Assembly (NCBI RefSeq): GCF_006345805.1
Contig: NC_043012.1
Location: 34,410,001-34,474,000, forward strand
Source of the DNA: Octopus sinensis
Lineage: Eukaryota
DNA length: 64,000 nt
Reading direction: 5' to 3'
Positions 38,077 to 50,429 of this stretch are shown here, in pieces. Positions within the stretch are counted from its first letter, which is position 1, and every line of letters begins with the position of its first letter. The translations under genes were made by a program, and so were the position numbers. The notes below the pieces were generated by a model. The model was not told the DNA's origin, searched no databases, and was given only the letters and a program-made list of their open reading frames with translations.

Positions 38077-38377
38077 GAAGGAGTGTGACTTAGTGGTTAG
38101 GGTATTTGACACAATCGTAAGGTTGTGAGTTCGATAGCCGGCGGCGCGTTGGTGTCGTTGAGAAAAACACTTTATTTCACGTTGTTCCAGTCCAATCAGC
38201 TGACGGAATTGAGTACTACCTGTTATTCAAGGGCCAGCCAAGTCACACCCTGTGCAACGCTGAATTTGCCTGAGAACTCTGTTAGGGGTATGCGTGTCTG
38301 TAGAGGGCTCCGCTGACTGTTCCGTTGATCGGGTCAACTGGAACGCTCATCGTCGAAATCGACGGAGCGGTGAAATA
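38077..38377 (+). mobile_element. Diverged tRNA-derived SINE
   Basis: TGACTTAGTGGTTAGGG A-box-like, GAGTTCGATAGCC B-box-like, GTGTCGTTGAGAAAAACACTTTATTTCAC core-like. Confidence 0.75.
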
Positions 38378-38487
38378 CAAAAAATGTGTACACATATAAA
38401 AAGGTCCAACTTACACAGTGTACAAATGATATATATAATTAAAAGGGTGAAGCAAAATAATTACAAATACAACAGCTATTTATGGGG

Positions 38488-38622
38488 GCTTTCTTTCTAC
38501 TATAGGCACAAGGCCTGAAATTTTCCGGGAGTGGGTAATTCGATTACATCATCCCAGTGCTCAAATGGTACTTATTTCATCGACCCCGAAACAAAGTCGA
38601 CCTTGGCGGAATTTGAACTCTC
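38488..38622 (-). mobile_element. Partial SINE (9081-type family)
   Basis: TTTCTACTATAGGCACAAGGCCTG tail, ATCGACCCCGAA..AAAGTCGACCTTGGCGGAATTTGAACTC. Confidence 0.8.
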
Positions 38623-40177
38623 ACTATACATTAACACTTTTACTATTGCGCATACTGGGGTGAGAGTAATAGTAGGCATAGAGACGGTGAAGGCAGTGGC
38701 GAAGATAGAGAGTGAGAGAGAGAAAGAAAAAGAGAGACAAAGTAATGCCGATGAGCATTTTGCCTTCGTCAGTCCATAATAATGTTTGTAGGTTGATTCC
38801 ATCATAGGATGGGACGAGCCTCCGTCTTCAGGGAAAAGATTTTGTATTTGATTCCATCTTTGAACTTCTCTTCTTTAACATCTCAAACCGCAAATAATTT
38901 CTTACTTTCCTTTATGCCTTCTAAAATAAAATTCTCGGATCCTTTTCGATGTAACCAACCCACGATAATTTGTTTCCTCCTTTAACAGATTCTTCTTCTT
39001 TAAAGAAGAATTGGGCCCTATTTCCAGCAGGTCGAAGTACTCCATGGTAGTTCCACTGTTTGTGACGGTTACGTGGCTTGGTTGTGATGGTATATACCAT
39101 GTGACTTCATTATGATGGTATGTACCATTTGTGACTTGGTGACTTATACCAAATGCTTAAAAGGTTGCTATGCTTGCACAATATCATCTTAAAGGTACCG
39201 TCAACCATTTTGCACAGTTATTTAAGTTTCTCGAGTGAATTTTCTGAATATTTGCACAAAAGGCATTTTATTTTATTTTCATTTCTGATGTCCAGAGAAT
39301 ACTGAAGTTGAAGGTTTAAAATCCATAGCAAGGGTCTATCATTTTTGCTTAATACTATTGTTTAACACCAGATTAACCATGATTATGCAGACCTGTAATA
39401 AAATGTGTTTCAGCCGTCACGTTCCTATGATATTTTGATATCCAGGACTATATTGGCTGATACGCCTGACCTATTTTAATTCAGAATGTAAGACGAGTGC
39501 TACTATAAAAGTTGAGTAAACAAATAGAAGCTCACTCATTGGTTCGGTTTGTCGAATGTACTTTTCGTTGGTAACATAGTTTTGCATGTAACAACAAAAA
39601 ATTTGGTTTGTATTTGAGAGAAGTTTATTAATCCTGATATTCGAGATAGCTTCTCTTTAATTCGTAACTGCGCTCGAGGAAATTGTCGTTTAGTTTACAC
39701 CGAAGGACAATGGCTATCTTATACAATCTCTTCCCGCAGTCAATTACATTTCGTCTTAACGAAGGCATTCGACTTTGGTTGCTTAATAATTCTTGTGTTT
39801 TACGTTTAACTCTGTGGCATCACTTCAATATCGTTTAATCGTTACAATATCTATATCGATACTAGAATTCTATAAACACTAAAATTTATTTGCCACGAGC
39901 AACAACATTCATCTATTGATTTCGGATGCTCTGAGACGTATATCTTCAAACACTATAATCATGAGACACAAAGATGCTTTTTTTTGGTTTTGATTTCTAT
40001 AACTCTCGTCGCTTAAGTTTAGCTTTAAGTAAACGAGACGAGCATTGTTTCATCATCTGCGATTTCGTGCATTCGTATTCTTCGTGTATAAGAAAAAGCA
40101 TTCTGTTTCTTTATATGTGATTAAATATTCGAGATGTGATATGTTAAGTGGATGACCTTAAATTTGTGTTGCATTCA

Positions 40178-40325
40178 TCCACCACCACCACCACCACCAC
40201 CACCACCACCACCACCACCACCACCACCACACCACCACCACCACCCCACCACCACCACCACCACCACCACCACCACCGCCGCCGCCGCCTCCGCCACCAC
40301 CTCCACCACCACCACCACCACCTCC
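40178..40325. repeat. (CAC)n/(CGC)n trinucleotide repeat
   Basis: Directly visible. Confidence 0.95.
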
Positions 40326-40799
40326 TCCTCAATTTCGAGGTTAACGGTGGCAGCGTTCTTTTGTTGGGTCGCTGCAGCAGCGCAGGTCCCGGCTCTTGCA
40401 GGCTCAGGTGTCTCTCGAGCCAGCTCGATCGTCTGCAGCATTTCATTCATTTTTCGTCCGTGATGGGGGGAAAACTACAAACAAATATCACGGTCCTTAG
40501 GCAAAACAAACGAAATCAACACTAGGCACTAAGCCTTTAACAATTGGTTTCACAACCGTAATTAATGGGGAAAAAAACGAATCACATAACATGGAGACTA
40601 AAAAGTAGTCGTTCACTGGCGTTACAAAACGGCTGCATACCTAATTTAAAGATAGTAATCTATGACAGGACCAGTCCAAATTTTCTAGCTCACACATACA
40701 AAAGAAATTATTTCATTGCTAAACATGTGTGTGTATGTGTGTGTGTGTGTGCGCGCGCGCGCGTGTGTATATATGTATATATATATTATATATATATAT

Positions 40800-40876
<77 letters not shown>

Positions 40877-40902
40877 GTGTGTATATATGTATAATATATA
40901 TG

Positions 40903-40984
<82 letters not shown>

Positions 40985-41557
40985 CTAATGTAGGATAAAA
41001 TATTTTCTGAAAAAATTTTTATCAATGGTCAGCATATCAAAAAATACCTTTAAAGGTTAAATTTATAAATAATTTACAAAATGAGGGCAGAAGAAAAATT
41101 CTAATGCCAAATATGCCGAAAAAAGACAAAAATTGTCAATAACCATTATAATTTATGCGTCTCGAAACAAACCGGTAGAAATTTCTAAAAAATCCGTTAT
41201 TACCGTTTTGGTCCAACTTCGGGGTTAATTCGTCAGAATTTTCCCCTTTTCAGCGAAATAGAGGTAGGAAATAGAGTGAGTGAAAACGTGCTGGGAAGAG
41301 AGGAAATAGCGAGAGTGAGTTAAGGAAGACAGATACATTAAAGAACGATGGTGGACTTGTCAAAGTGGATTTTTGGCCCTAGCAACGACACCTTTTAAGA
41401 TAGGGATTTATTTGCCTCATTTTACATGTCCCTGTAAATTTTGGAGTGAATCCGACGGGATGTAGTGGCCTTGAAAGCGATCCAAGCGGTAAAAACGCAT
41501 TTCAGTTTTATATATAGAGATATGTATATATATATATAAGTATATATATATATGTAT

Positions 41558-41644
<87 letters not shown>

Positions 41645-41663
41645 CATATATATATATATATAT

Positions 41664-41756
<93 letters not shown>

Positions 41757-41766
41757 ATATATATAT

Positions 41767-41955
41767 GTCGCCATGATAGATCGTTAGCCACTACACACAT
41801 TTTTTTCTCTCCTTGTTTTTTTCTGTGTCCTTTTCTGTAGAAGAGCGTAGGCTCGAAACGTAAAATACTTTTTCTATTCTGAGCGTTATACTAATACATC
41901 TGTTTGTTTTGTACACCACCTGTCTTCGTCTTTTGATTTTTTCGTAAACTCTCCA
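41767..41955 (+). mobile_element. Short PLE-type repeat (family C) with a minimal HHR-like motif
   Basis: Homologous to 49314-49522; CTGTAGA-A-GAGC-GTAG-GCTC-GAAAC-GTA at 41835-41862; (TA)n on both sides. Confidence 0.6.
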
Positions 41956-41962
41956 TATATAT

Positions 41963-41995
<33 letters not shown>

Positions 41996-42479
41996 TATAT
42001 ATTGATCTAAGCTATACACTCTCATTAATCCGTTTTGAGTTTTCTTTATCTTACAGGTAGTAGTACCAAGTGCAACCTACTTACTCTTTCGTGCGAGCGA
42101 AAATGGCCTTATACTTCAGAAGTTCGCTTCGCAAGTGTACTCCATCATTCAAGACATGCGAGCGAAATTGTGCAGATTTAATAATTTGTCTTGTTTAATG
42201 ACACCATATAACACTTTACTACCTTTAGGCCGATCGAAACGTAATGTACAATAACTATTGTAAATATATACCCTACGATAAAAAAAGTTATTATCTTAAA
42301 TTGACTGTAACATTAATAACGCCTTAAGATCTCAATCTTAATTCGAACCAATATATTTTCTGTGCAATACTTTTAAAAATGTCTATTATAACAAACATTA
42401 CAATCTGGATAGGTTAACAGTATCTCAGCATTCTGTTTGTGTGAAAAGATGAAAATGAAAGAAAAAAAAAACAAAGACA

Positions 42480-42512
<33 letters not shown>

Positions 42513-43134
42513 CATTGAAATAAACAAGATGCAGATTATGAATTGGTTTTCAAACGAATTACGAATCAAAGAAAGACGTGTCTTGTCAACGATCGACTGA
42601 ACTTTTTAGTTTTATAACAGATTACTGCCAATGTTTGTCAAAAACCAACGCCAATATCTGCTTGTAACAGTTGATGTCATCTGATTTTTTTTCCTCTTCT
42701 GTGAACTTAGTAAAAAAAAAATGTTCACTAATTCTTGTTTTAATCTATAATTTCCATGTCAGTGAAATCCTTATTCAAATCAAAATCGCTTAGAAAACAA
42801 AATTCTGGAAATCTGTTATTTTTTATTTTCTTACATGACGACTTGAAATCAATGCCAGTTTTATGAAACTATTTTGACAATGTCTTAAGTTTTATAATGA
42901 TTATCATATGTCCCGCCTTTTTATATGTTTATTTAAAACATTCTTTTTTTTTTCACAAAAACTTTATATAATTTGATATTTATGATAAATCTTGGCAAGT
43001 GTGAAATCTGTTTCAGTTGTAAAATTGAAGAACAGAAGAGAAAATTAGGTTTATAATCAAGATATTATATTTAATAGTTTTAATGGTAGAAAAAAATGCG
43101 TAGCCTTTGTTTCGCTCGTGCTAACCTCAGAGAT

Positions 43135-44320
43135 TCATAAGTTCTGTCCGAATTTTAAATAAAGAAAACAAGGGATCAAATGTTATATTTAATTGAAATT
43201 TAATCATCAATGTACTTTCCCTGATTATCTATGATTTCGTTCCATCTATTTACAAGCTTTTTAATCCCATCAATGTAAAACTCTTTTGATTTCAAAGCGA
43301 AGAACTCTGAAATGTCAGTTTCGATCTCCTCCTGGTTTGTGAAAGTTATGTCCCCCAAATGATTCTGTAAACTACGAAACAAATGGTAGTCTGAAGGAGC
43401 AAGGTTGGGAGAATAAGGTGGATGAGGAATTTTTTCCCAACCAAGCTCTTCGATTTTCTGTGATGTGATCTTTGCAGTGTGGAGTCGCGCATTGCCCTGA
43501 TGAAACGTCACTCCTTTTTGATTCACTAAAGCGGGTCTTTTTTTTTCAAAGCTTGGTTAGAACGCTCTAATTGCTGACAGTAGACTTGAGCATTGATTGT
43601 TGCATTAGGTGGTAACAATTCAAAGTAAATTACTCCTTTGCAATCCCACCAGATAGAGAGGAGAACCTTTTTCCTCATGAAGTTCCCTTCTCGGTTGTGG
43701 TTGAGCTTTTTCCCTTTTACCAAGTCACTGTTTACGAGTTTAATATTTCTATAGAAGATCCATTTTTCGTCACCAGTCACAAGTCTATCCAAAAAGGATG
43801 AAATGAGTTCGCTAGAATGGAGAGAAGAGCAGATGTCAACTCAGGATTTGCAGTTGCTTTCGGACAATTCATGAGGCACCCATTTTCCAAGTTTAGGAAA
43901 CTTCAACTGATAATGCAGGATTTTCTTCAAGTAATGCCTCAAGGAACTTATCATCAAACTCAACTGGATGTCCTTTTCGATCTTCATCTTCAAGGTTGAA
44001 ATCTCCACTTCTGAATTTTGCAAACCGTCTTCTGCAAGTTCTTTCATTCAAGCATTCTTTTCCATAAACTGAGTGCATGTTTCGAGTCGCTTCGGCTGCA
44101 GAGTTTCCTTTTTTTGTACTCATAAAGCATTCTGTGCCTCAAATGCTCTTTGGATACTTCCATGTTAGAAAGGGTTCTAATCAAAGAAATTTTAATTCTA
44201 TTATTCTGTAAAATAATATTTAATTAGTTTAAATGTACACAAATGCACAAAAATAATTTTTAATTTCATTAGACATTCTAAAATACTATTAAATTTCATT
44301 CAATGTTAAAAAAGGTAAAA
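43135..44320 (-). mobile_element. Mariner transposon with a nearly complete frameshifted transposase (43200-44163)
   Basis: MEVSKEHLRHRMLYEYKKG, RRFAKFRSGDFNLEDEDRKG, LGKWVPHELSE, LVTGDEKWIFY, VLLSIWWDCKGVIYFELL, FHQGNARLHTA, PHPPYSPNLAPSDYHLFRSLQ. TIR-like CATAAGTTCTGTCCG near 43136. Confidence 0.93.
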
Positions 44321-44384
44321 TCGAATATTGAGGCGTATGGAATATTCTAATTTTCAAAATTCACAAAATAAAATATAAGAGTTC

Positions 44385-44590
44385 CTAACATAGGCACACG
44401 GCCAGAAATTTGGAAAGGGTTAGTTTATTATAATGGCCCACAGTACTTGATTGTTACTTAGTTTTATCGATCTAAGGATGTAAGGCAAAGTTGGCCTCTG
44501 AACTCTGCACGAAAGCGCCGGAACAAATACCACAAAGCATTTCGTCTGATGCTCTAATGTGTCTACCACTTGCACCACCGAGCGGCGGGG
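44385..44590 (-). mobile_element. Heavily decayed SINE (9081-type family)
   Basis: CCTAACATAGGCACACGGCC tail, TTTTATCGATCTAAGGATGTAAGGCAAAGTTGGCCTC domain. Confidence 0.6.
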
Positions 44591-44629
44591 CATACAGTAT
44601 AATTAAAAGAGATTATAATTAAAAACTAT

Positions 44630-45042
44630 TAATCCAGTAAAGTCACTCCTACGTGTGAGAAGTGTGGGTCAGAGACCTTCACAGCTTTGCCCATCCACCA
44701 TCCCTTATATTGTGACCTAGTGCACTTCCTGTGTTGTTTGTTTGTTCCTTCTCGAGCCATGCCTGGCTCATAAGGGCCGATTTCCTGGTTTCTTGGCGTA
44801 TAGGTTCCCCACCTGGACGGGACGCCGGGTCCGTCGCAGGTGAGCTGCAAGATGCAGGAGGAAAGAGTGAGAGAAAGTTGTGGCGAAAGAATCAGCAGAA
44901 GTTTCACCATTACCTTCTGCCGGAGCCGTGTGGAGCTTAGGTGTTTCGCTCATAAACACACACATCACCCGGTCTGAGATTCGAACCCGCGATCCCTCGA
45001 CCGTGAGTCCGCTGCTCTAACCACTAGGCCATGTGCCTCCAC
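44630..45042 (-). mobile_element. Full-length tRNA-derived SINE
   Basis: Minus head GTGGAGGCACATGGCCTAGTGGTTAGAGCAGCGGACTCACGGTCGAGGGATCGCGGGTTCGAATC; central CCTGCGACGGACC..CGTCCCGTCCAGG resembles the V-SINE domain (not confirmed). Confidence 0.88.
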
Positions 45043-45724
45043 ACTTCCTGAGTTGAGCTAAACCATATCTGGGCAGGTGCCTTTCAGGTGATGATAGTCT
45101 ATTTGTGGGGTTTTTGCCTTTTGTTGTTTTCATCTGAGTATATTTCGACCAGTTTTAACCCTTCTTCTGCTCCTTCAAATAGTACACTTGCCTTATTGCA
45201 TTACTTTGATGAGACTTCTTCAATCATCATTACAATCTAACCACCGTGTTATCATCGTAACGAGAACATGGTTATTCTCCGCATGCTCTGATCGCCTTCT
45301 TCTTGGACACTCTTCTTTTTATAGGTCGTTTAAAGTATTTTCACAAAACTAACCCTTCAACAATTCAAACTAAATGTAATATAGAAAAACACTTCTACTT
45401 TTCCAAAAGATAATGCTGCGCACACCTTATGAGCACAAAAGTTTACTTGATAGTGCAATGGAAACCTGTATAGCAATCTTGAAAATACAATAATGATAAT
45501 AAACTGTTCTTTATTTCCACAACAAAGGCGACAGTTGAAAAGGAGAGCTATGTAAAACAACAGTATAGGCAAAGAGCAAATCAGAAAAAAAAAAACTCCG
45601 AAAATGACGGGAAGCATGTTAATAGAGGTAGAGGCTCCTGAAACCAATCAGTGGTGTCTTCGTTTAGCTATCATCGGCGACTTATAAACCCATGTTGAGA
45701 GTCGGCCTACCAAGGCGGTGCCCT

Positions 45725-45946
45725 AGTCTAATGGTTGAAACAAGTAAAAGATAAATGAACAGCATTAAAAGAGAATCACCAAAACAATCACATAAAGAAA
45801 CATTCAGCACATAAATGGATAAAGTCTTTGGAGAGGATTTTTCAAGGCCCATAAATGCATGTGGTCAAATCTTCCAGCTGAAGAATTATACCTTCACTTA
45901 TAATGCTTTCACACACGCACCCCACTATGTATTTTATTTAATCCTG

Positions 45947-45950
<4 letters not shown>
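45725..45950 (+). repeat. Duplicated segment (SINE tail plus unique flank); paralog at 49071-49288
   Basis: Alignable throughout; the distal ~95 bp are nearly identical. Confidence 0.9.
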
Positions 45951-45990
<40 letters not shown>

Positions 45991-46427
45991 CTCTCAGTAA
46001 ATGTACTGGGGAGCAGCTCTTTACTTTCTTTTCTCAATTTTCCCTCCAAGAATTTTGAAGAAGTTGATGACAATTTGGCCGAACGGGGAATTGTCTGCTG
46101 TCTGCTATCTGCCCTCACTGCTTTCAGTTCTGTCCACCAGAAAAAGATCTTTTGCCGAAGACATTAGATATAGCATGTCCTTTCCAAGCTAAAATAAGGC
46201 TGCAAGGCGGCGACATAACTGCATTAATAAACAATGTCCGGACATTGAACGAGTGCCTACAGAACAGCTTCGTCGCTCTGTGAGCGTCTTCCGTGGCATC
46301 AAAATATATGAAAAAGAAAAACTAGAAAAATGAGTTGAATTTTTACTTTTGGAAATAACAACAGAGTAAATTGAAATGGAACGAATTTTGTTATCTCTTC
46401 TCTTTTGTCATAATCATCATCAAGATC

Positions 46428-46581
46428 ATCATCATCATCATCTTCTTCTTCTTCTTCTTCTTCTTCTTCTTCTTCTTCTTCTTCTTCTTCTTCTTCTTCT
46501 TCTTCTTCTTCTTCTTCTTCTTCTTCTTCTTCTTCTTCTTCTTCTTCTTCTTCTTCTTCTTCTTCTTCTTCTTCTTCTTCT

Positions 46582-46612
<31 letters not shown>
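46428..46612. repeat. (TCA)n/(TTC)n trinucleotide repeat
   Basis: Directly visible; source of the poly-E/F/L ORFs. Confidence 0.97.
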
Positions 46613-46613
<1 letters not shown>

Positions 46614-46912
46614 GCGAATATTGAAATGCATATAAATTCGCAATACTTAATGGATTACATTATGAAAATAAAACTCAAAGAAACAAATAAAAACCAACTC
46701 ACACAACACTAATAACAGCAACAATAACCTTAATCACGACAACAACCACACAGCACCCTCCACCCCACCCCCACCTAAATCCTTATGTTTTGATTTCTTG
46801 TTTAATAAGCCCATTACACATTTGAACAGAACATGAATAATACACGAACATCGCCCAATATTATAACTTGACGACTAACATTACTTTTTCTTCTTTGCGT
46901 TAGAGTATACAT

Positions 46913-47018
46913 ATGTATATATTATATATATATATATATATGTGTGTGTGTATATATATATACATATATACATACATATATATACATATATACATAAATA
47001 TATATCCATATATACATA

Positions 47019-47052
<34 letters not shown>

Positions 47053-47114
47053 CATATATCATAATATCTATCTATCTATTATATATATATATATATTTAT
47101 AACATATATATATA

Positions 47115-47169
<55 letters not shown>

Positions 47170-47278
47170 ATATCTATCTAATATATATATATATATATAC
47201 ATACATATATATAATATAATACATATATATACATATATATATATATACATACATATATATGTACATATATCATATATA

Positions 47279-47344
<66 letters not shown>

Positions 47345-47411
47345 TATATACTATATATACTATATGTAATAATATATTACATACATACATATATAATACT
47401 GTGCTTTCGAG

Positions 47412-47446
<35 letters not shown>

Positions 47447-47581
47447 AATATATATGTATATATATATTCATACACACCACACATGCGCACATACATAAGC
47501 ATACACTAACATATGGATACCATATCACACATATACGCGTGCCCGAAAATATTCATGCATGCGCGTATGTCTGTGTGTATG

Positions 47582-47612
<31 letters not shown>

Positions 47613-47955
47613 GTACGTGTGTGTGTGTGTATTACTGTGTCCATCAAGCATAACATTGCAACAGTCCAACATGTGTATGGATGCCTTATGTCTGCTGTGA
47701 CATTTATATAGACACACACACACACACACACACACATATTTATATACACAGACATTTATACACACACACACACATATATGTATACACACACATATGTATA
47801 TGCATGTGGGTGTGCATTATTCCTTCCCCACTCTTTACACAAATCTTAGAGTAGAAAAAAGCATAAAACAACGACTTTTTTCTTCTCTCTCTCTACGTTT
47901 TACATTAATGTAAAAGATAATTCACTGGAAACTTCCTTATCTTCTTCATTCATGC

Positions 47956-48000
<45 letters not shown>

Positions 48001-48394
48001 TACTACTACTACTACTACTACTACTACTATGCTACTACTATAACAGATCATTATCCTCATGGTCGTCGTCGTCATCATCATTATCACAAGCGTTCCCCGA
48101 CCACACACTTTTATTGTTGCTGTTGTTGCTGTTGTTGCTGTCATTATTATATTTATTGCAGTTATTGCTTCTTGTTGTTATTGTTGCTCTTGTTCTAGTG
48201 CAAACTTTTCATCTTTTGAATTAACAAATGCTGCTAAAATGACAATATATGTATTTGCGTTTACGTGTGTGTACAGACATATATTTATGTATGTATGTAT
48301 GTATGTATGTATGTATGTATGTATGTATGTATGTATGTGTGTGTGTATGTATGCATGTATGTATAAATGTTTCTCTCTCTCTCTCTCTATCTCT

Positions 48395-48482
<88 letters not shown>

Positions 48483-48517
48483 TTACCTCTCTCTCTCTCT
48501 ATCTCTCTCTCTCTCTC
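46913..48517. repeat. Compound microsatellite field (TA, CTAT, CA, CTA, GTAT, CT)
   Basis: Directly visible, with short unique spacers. Confidence 0.85.
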
Positions 48518-48518
48518 A

Positions 48519-49100
48519 ACAGGCGCAGGCTTAGCAGTGTGGTAACAAGTTTGCTTCCCAATCACATGGTTCCGGGTTCAATCTCACTGTGTGGCACCTT
48601 GGGCAAGTGTCTTACCAAGACCTTCTGAGCGGATTTGGTAGACAGAAACTGAAGGCGGCGAGCTGGCAGAATCGTTAGCACGCCGGGCAAAATGCTTAGC
48701 AGTGTTTCGTCTGCTGCTACATTCAAATTCCACCGAGGTCGACTTTGCCTTTCATCCTTTCGGGGTCGTTTAAATACGTACCAGTTACGCATTGGGGTCG
48801 ATATAATCGACTTAATCTGTTTGTCTGTCCTTGTTTGTCCCCTCTGTATTTAGCCCCTTGTGGGCAATGAAGAAATAAAAAACTGAAAGGAGGCCGTCGT
48901 TATATATATGAATGTGTGTGTGTCTTTACGTCTGTGTTTGTCCCTCCCCATCGCTCGACAACCAACGTTTGTGTGTTTACGTCCCCGTAAATTAGCAGTT
49001 CGGCAAAAGCGACCAATGGAACAAGCTTAACAAGAAGAAATTCCACAGGGCGGTGTCCCAGCATGACTGCAGTCTAATGGCTGAAAAAAGTAAAAGATAA
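48519..49100 (+). mobile_element. CORE-type SINE interrupted by a nested SINE
   Basis: Head 48519-48653, body resumes at 48880. Confidence 0.85.
48654..48879 (+). mobile_element. Nested monomeric SINE (9081-type family) with an 8-bp TSD
   Basis: AAACTGAA at 48646-48653 and 48880-48887. Confidence 0.9.
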
Positions 49101-49313
49101 ATGAACAGCATTAAAATAAATCACCAAAACAATTAAATAAAGAAACATTCAGCACATAAAGTCTTTAGAGATGATTTTCCAAGGCCCATAAATGTATGTG
49201 GTCAAATCTTCCAGCTGAAGAATTATACCTTCACTTATAAATGCTTTCACACACGCACCCCACTATGTATTTTATTTAATCCTGAAATATATATATATAT
49301 ATATTATATATCA

Positions 49314-49522
49314 GTTGCCATGATAGATCGTTAGCCACTACACACATATTTTCTCTCCTTTTTTTTCTCTCCTTGTTTCTTTCTGAGTTCCCTCCTGTAG
49401 AAGAGCGTAGGCTCGAGACGTAAAAGACTTTTTCAATTCCTGAGCATTATACTAATACATCTGTTTGTTTTGTACACCACCTGTCTTTGTCTTTTGTGTT
49501 TTTTCGTAAACTCTCCCTATAT
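49314..49522 (+). mobile_element. Short PLE-type repeat (family C)
   Basis: Homologous to 41767-41955; motif at 49395-49422 with GAGAC in place of GAAAC. Confidence 0.6.
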
Positions 49523-49525
49523 TAT

Positions 49526-50004
49526 GACCTCCTTCGGTCATGAATGACCATGGAATTGCACCTAGAAAGTTACCCTCCGAGGCACAAGTCTGGGCAAGGT
49601 TGTTTATGGAAGACCAGCAGTCGTCCACGCATACCGGTCTCCCCTCTCCACGCCACCGATGTTATCCAAGGGAAAGGCAAAGGGGCCGATACAGCTTGGC
49701 ACCAATGACGTCGCAGCTCATTTATTAACGTGCAAGTGGCTGAGCACTCCACAGACACGTGTACCGGGGAGTTTCAACGTGACACAGAGTGTGACAAGGC
49801 TAACCCCTTTGAAATACAGGTACAACAGAAACAGAAAGAAAGAGTGAGAGAAAGTTGTGGTGAAAGAGTACAGCAGGGTTCACCACCACCCCCTGCCGGA
49901 GCCTTCTTGGAGCTTTAGGTGTTTTCGCTCAATAAACACTCACAACGCACTGTCTGGGAATCGAAACCGCCATCCTACGACCGCGAGTCCGCTGCCCTAA
50001 CCAC
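49526..50004 (-). mobile_element. Two abutting SINE pieces (3' part of the 3941-type family, plus a GGAGGC-head family copy)
   Basis: 49526-49735 matches the reverse complement of ~4070-4258; 49735-50004 matches 37703-38014 in its head half. Confidence 0.8.
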
Positions 50005-50356
50005 TATATATATATATAGGTACATATATACATACATCTACGTAAATATACATTCATACACATCCATACATCCACCCAATCATATATATATTCAGATACC
50101 CACGAATATCTTTGTAATATATAAGTATGTATATATGCATGCATGTATGTATGTATGTATGTATGTATGTATGTATGTATGTATGCATGCATGTATGTAT
50201 GTATGTATGTATGTATATATGCACGTTTGGATGCATATGTATATGTATAGGTGCTCATATTCGTTTATATGAGCATATTTAGGCAGTAGGTGAAGAAAAT
50301 TGCTCGTAATAGGAAACAACGGGAAACAAATAAATGTCCGTTAATTGTAGAAAGCC

Positions 50357-50429
50357 TATATATCTTATATATCTTATATATCTTATATATCTTATATATC
50401 TTATATATCTTATATATCTTATATATCTT
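50357..50429. repeat. 9-bp minisatellite (TATATATCT) x8
   Basis: Directly visible. Confidence 0.92.

Noticed and set aside
41030-41520. Possible Helentron/DINE-like non-autonomous element
   Set aside because: Only the terminal words are suggestive, and there is no second copy in the window to define it.
46001-46290. Protein-like frame containing TLDIACPF, reminiscent of an RLE motif
   Set aside because: The surrounding residues do not follow the RLE pattern; insufficient evidence.
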